Assembly (NCBI GenBank): GCA_039188975.1
Contig: JBCCYT010000005.1
Span: 2,251 to 66,250 of the forward strand
Origin: Actinomycetota bacterium
GTDB taxonomy: Bacteria > Actinomycetota > Acidimicrobiia > Acidimicrobiales > Aldehydirespiratoraceae
DNA: 64,000 bases
Direction: 5' to 3'
This document shows positions 60,827-64,000 of this stretch, piece after piece. Below the pieces are notes generated by a model. It searched no databases, was not told the origin of the DNA, and saw nothing but the letters and a program-made list of their open reading frames with translations. Made by a program: the position numbers and the translations under genes. Numbering within the stretch: the first letter of the stretch is position 1; every line of letters begins with the position of its first letter.

Positions 60827-61981
60827 TCAGGCCAGCTGGGGCAAGACGTCGGCGGCGATGCGTTCGAGCTGATCCTCGACCTGACCGTACGGATCGCCGG
60901 GCATCCCCGGGAACAGCACCAGGTTCTCGAGGCCGCCGAACTCGTCGCGATACGCCGCGATCCCTTCGGCGACATCGTCGGCTGAGCCGACCAGCCAGGT
61001 CTTGTTGTCGAGCGAATCGTCCAGCGACGGGATGAGGCCGGGCGGCGACGGTTTGCCGTCAGGACCCATGTAGCCACGGCTCCAACCGTACGGACCGAGG
61101 AACTTCCAGAATTCGTCGTGTCCGTTGCGGACCCGGTCGATTGCGGCCTCTCGGGTGTCGTCGACACACGTGCACACGACGAGCGTACGTTTCTCGCCGG
61201 GGGCCAGATCAATCCCGTGTTCGTCGGCGTAGATCTCCGCATAGCGATCCCAGAACTGCTTGGCGAACGAATGGTGCTTCAACCAAAACACCCCGCCAAC
61301 ACCGGTTCGGGGCACAGAGTCGAGCGTGGGCGGGGACGTGATCGCCTGCCACATCTCGTACGGGTACAGCGGGCGGGGGAGGAGGCTGAGCTCTTGCACG
61401 GTGCCGCCCCGGTCGGGGATGCCGGGCACAGGAAAGTCGAAGACGTCGCCGTGGTAGCTGAACGACTCGTTGTCGAGGGCCAGTCGCAGAACGTCGAGCG
61501 ATTCCGCGAACTGTCTGCGGTTGAACTCGTCGGCCGCCGCCTGGTCAGGGTTGTCGAACGAGCCGATCTTCGAACCGAGGTTCTCAGCTTCGCGGGGCAC
61601 GGTGCCGCGGGCGACGCCGAGGATGCCTCGGCCACCGGAGATGTTGTGGAGGGTGGCGAAATCCTCGGCCAGCTTGAGCGGATGCCACTGGCCGAGCACG
61701 TTGAACATCATCCCGAGCCGGATCTGTTCGGTGCGTTCCGCGATGATCGCCGAGAGGAGGATTCCGTTTGGGACGACTTCGTAGCCCTCGTATTGGAAGT
61801 GATGTTCGGTCGTCCAAAACGAGTCGTACCCGAGTCGATCCGACACGACGGCCATGTCGATGATCCGCTCGGTCGCCTCCCACACCTGTTTGCTGTCGTA
61901 ACGGCGATCGGTGGGCGCGGGCGCTCCAGCTCCCGCGTCGGGCATCTCGACGCCGCCAAACAAGAACACACCGGTCTTCAT
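60827..61981 (-). CDS. Luciferase-like (LLM class) flavin-dependent monooxygenase
   Basis: Track ORF 60827..62020. I prefer ATG 61981 (MKTGVFLFGG), preceded by GGAGG. DRLGYDSFWTTEHHF and ISGGRGILGVARG blocks. Confidence 0.85.
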   Translation of the reverse strand: MKTGVFLFGGVEMPDAGAGAPAPTDRRYDSKQVWEATERIIDMAVVSDRLGYDSFWTTEHHFQYEGYEVVPNGILLSAIIAERTEQIRLGMMFNVLGQWHPLKLAEDFATLHNISGGRGILGVARGTVPREAENLGSKIGSFDNPDQAAADEFNRRQFAESLDVLRLALDNESFSYHGDVFDFPVPGIPDRGGTVQELSLLPRPLYPYEMWQAITSPPTLDSVPRTGVGGVFWLKHHSFAKQFWDRYAEIYADEHGIDLAPGEKRTLVVCTCVDDTREAAIDRVRNGHDEFWKFLGPYGWSRGYMGPDGKPSPPGLIPSLDDSLDNKTWLVGSADDVAEGIAAYRDEFGGLENLVLFPGMPGDPYGQVEDQLERIAADVLPQLA

Positions 61982-62132
61982 CAGGCTCCTCCCCAGTGGT
62001 TGACGTTGCTGCCAGCGCAAATCGCCAACCGTGTCGCGAGCATAGAACCGGTACCGGCCGTGGACCCGTTCGAGCGTGTGAACGTCCTGTTTCGCAAGCG
62101 AAGCGATCCGTGCCGGCAGCTAGGTTGGACCG

Positions 62133-63359
62133 ATGCCCGAGCTCGTCATTCGCAACGGCGTCGTCGACGGCGAGCGACGCGACATCCTCTGTCGGGACGG
62201 GCTCGTGGCCATGGTCGAACCACCGGGTTCGATCGTGACGACAGATGCCGAGGTCATCGATGCGAACGGGTTCGTTGTCGTCGGTGCTGCGGCGGAACCG
62301 CATGCTCATCTCGACAAGGTACTGACCGCGGATGCCGTGCCGAATCCGGGTGGCGACCTGTTCGGCGCGATCAGTGCATGGCGAGAGACCTATGGCGATC
62401 GCAACGAGCGTGAGATCACCCACCGGGCAGAGCAGGTGATCCGCCGTTCGATTGCGGCGGGAATCACCGCCATCCGGACCCATGTCGACTGTGGCCCGGG
62501 TATCGAGCTCCGGGCGATCGAAGCGCTCATTGCGTTGCGGGAGCGCTGGGCCCCACTGATCGACATCGAGATCTGTGCCCTCGTGGCACCGCCGACGCTG
62601 GGAGAGGGCGAAGGCGCGGCCTACGCCCGGCTCCGCGATGCCATCACGCTGGGGGTGGATCTCGTCGGTGGTGTGCCGTACGCCGAAGCCAGTCCCAGAG
62701 CAGCCACCGCCGGGCTGCTCGAGCAGGCCGCGGGGGCGGGCCTCGGGGTCGATTTCCACACTGACGAAACCCTCGACCCGACGGTTCTGAGCCTGGTCGA
62801 CCTCGCGGAGCTGGCGATCGACTTCCCGTTCCCGGTCGCTGCATCCCACTGTTGTTCGTTGGCCATGCAAGACCCGGCGCGTCAGGCCGACGTCGCCGCA
62901 ATGGTGGCCGACGCTGGCGTCCACGTCGTCGCGTTGCCGCAGACCAACCTGTTCTTGCAAGCGCGCGGCCACGCACAAGCCCCGGTGCGCGGCATCACCG
63001 CGATCGGCGCGCTGCGCGCCGCAGGGGCAACGGTGAGCGCGGGCGCCGACAACGTGCAGGATCCCTTCAACACCATGGGCCGAGTCGATCCGTGCGAGAT
63101 CGCCTCCCTGCTCGTCACCGCCGGCCATGTCGACGCAGGCGATTCGTGGTCGCTCGTGGCCGGCGCGGCCCGAGCGACGCTCGGGCTCGGTCCGGCTGGC
63201 CCGGTGGTCGGTGCCATGGCGGATCTCGTCGCATTGCGAGGTGACACGCTTCGTGGAGCGGTCGCTGACGGCGCTGCGGAGCGCATTGTGATCCGACGGG
63301 GTGCGGTCGTCAGCCGAACATCTGTGGATATCGCGTCGAATCATCCGTTGCTGGCGTGA
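62133..63359 (+). CDS. Cytosine-deaminase-like amidohydrolase (CodA family)
   Basis: 408-aa ORF. EPHAHLD metal site, FHTDE, SHCCSL and GADNVQDPFN blocks in the order seen in cytosine/creatinine deaminases. Confidence 0.85.
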   Translation: MPELVIRNGVVDGERRDILCRDGLVAMVEPPGSIVTTDAEVIDANGFVVVGAAAEPHAHLDKVLTADAVPNPGGDLFGAISAWRETYGDRNEREITHRAEQVIRRSIAAGITAIRTHVDCGPGIELRAIEALIALRERWAPLIDIEICALVAPPTLGEGEGAAYARLRDAITLGVDLVGGVPYAEASPRAATAGLLEQAAGAGLGVDFHTDETLDPTVLSLVDLAELAIDFPFPVAASHCCSLAMQDPARQADVAAMVADAGVHVVALPQTNLFLQARGHAQAPVRGITAIGALRAAGATVSAGADNVQDPFNTMGRVDPCEIASLLVTAGHVDAGDSWSLVAGAARATLGLGPAGPVVGAMADLVALRGDTLRGAVADGAAERIVIRRGAVVSRTSVDIASNHPLLA

Positions 63360-63407
63360 AGACGATCTGACGGTGGTATGAAGTGCGGGCCACGTGGGGG
63401 AGGCGCC

Positions 63408-63427
63408 TGTGAAACACAGTGTTCACA
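63408..63427. promoter_or_regulatory. Nested palindrome TGTGAA-ACAC-A-GTGT-TCACA upstream of the ABC ATPase gene (candidate operator)
   Basis: TGTGAAACACAGTGTTCACA at 63408-63427. Outer TGTGA/TCACA and inner ACAC/GTGT half-sites, in an AT-richer intergenic stretch. Confidence 0.3.
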
Positions 63428-63473
63428 ATCGGGACACGACGTCGACCACGCCTGCCAATAGTCTGCGCGACCG

Positions 63474-64000
63474 ATGGGGTCTGCCACCGATGCCGACATT
63501 GATTTGCGAGAAGCCGTGAACCCGCCTGCGCTTTCGTTCCGCGGCGTCGACATGACGTATCCCGACGGCACCCACACGCTGACCGGTATCGATCTCGATG
63601 TCCGGCCCGGCGAATTCGTCACCGTCGTCGGGCCGTCTGGTTGCGGCAAGTCAACGCTGCTCAAAATCGCCTCGGGCCTTCTGGGCCACACCGGTGGTGA
63701 GGTTGACGTCGACCGCGAACGCATCGGCTACGTCTTCCAGGATGCGACCCTGCTGCCGTGGCGCACGGTTCGCAAGAACGTGGAGTTGTTGTGCGAACTC
63801 CACGACATCGACAAGGCCGAGCGGGCCGAGCGGTCCCAGCGAGCGATCGATCTGGTGGGTCTGAGCGGCTTCGAGAAGCATCACCCCAAGCGGCTCTCGG
63901 GCGGTATGCGCATGCGGGTGTCGCTCGCCCGCTCGCTCACCCTCGAACCCAACGTCTTCTTGTTCGATGAGCCGTTCGGCGCGCTCGACGAAATCACTCG
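63474..64000 (+). CDS. ABC transporter ATP-binding protein (NitT/TauT-type), 3'-truncated by the window edge
   Basis: Absent from the ORF track because it runs off the right edge. My translation from ATG 63474: MGSATDADIDLREAVNPPALSFRGVDMTYPDG...GPSGCGKSTLLK...IGYVFQDATLLPWRTV...LSGGMRMRVSLARSL...FLFDEPFGALD. An alternative start is GTG 63516. Confidence 0.85.
   Translation, partial: MGSATDADIDLREAVNPPALSFRGVDMTYPDGTHTLTGIDLDVRPGEFVTVVGPSGCGKSTLLKIASGLLGHTGGEVDVDRERIGYVFQDATLLPWRTVRKNVELLCELHDIDKAERAERSQRAIDLVGLSGFEKHHPKRLSGGMRMRVSLARSLTLEPNVFLFDEPFGALDEIT

Overview
High-GC (by eye) chromosomal segment of actinobacterial type. That assignment is an inference from an Rpf-like transglycosylase, a mycoredoxin-like protein, a ferrochelatase with a Cys-rich C-terminus and FmdB-SAF-GalU-MoeA-MoaA-MoaC synteny; the class (possibly Acidimicrobiia) cannot be determined. 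I call about 60 protein genes, one tRNA-Ala(CGC) with an intrinsic terminator, and several short perfect repeats. I found no rRNA, CRISPR array, transposase or integrase. Most of the window is housekeeping: type IIA topoisomerase B subunit, dxs, uppP, plsY, galU, moeA/moaA/moaC, ferrochelatase, NfuA-like, an ABC-F ATPase, a TldD/PmbA block and an OmpR/HK pair. Many starts in the ORF track are extended by spurious upstream ATGs. I re-placed them by hand using family N-termini, gene overlaps (ATGA, GTGA, TGATG) and SD-like motifs, so starts are less certain than ends. Two edge-truncated genes missing from the track were found by manual translation: a sulfatase-like gene at 1..1542(-) and an ABC ATPase at 63474..64000(+). 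The most unusual item is a Liv-type ABC uptake locus (47961..54818). One gene fuses LivH, LivM and LivG, and the second ATPase (LivF-like) is fused behind a complete 12-TM MFS domain. The LivG-like domain also carries a degenerate ABC signature. Other observations: (1) a translationally coupled lipoprotein plus transmembrane GGDEF-EAL pair; (2) three consecutive TldD/PmbA paralogues; (3) an orphan ParA coupled to a small proline-rich tail-anchored protein; (4) a YihY/BrkB fusion to an ester-cyclase-like domain; (5) perfect short tandem duplications at or next to gene 3' ends, two of which form hairpin arrays between convergent genes; (6) a perfect 23-24 bp inverted repeat inside the tail of a hypothetical ORF; (7) a putative N-heterocycle catabolic cluster at the right edge. 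All family assignments rest on my recognition of motifs in the translations. No database search, HMM scan or folding calculation was run.
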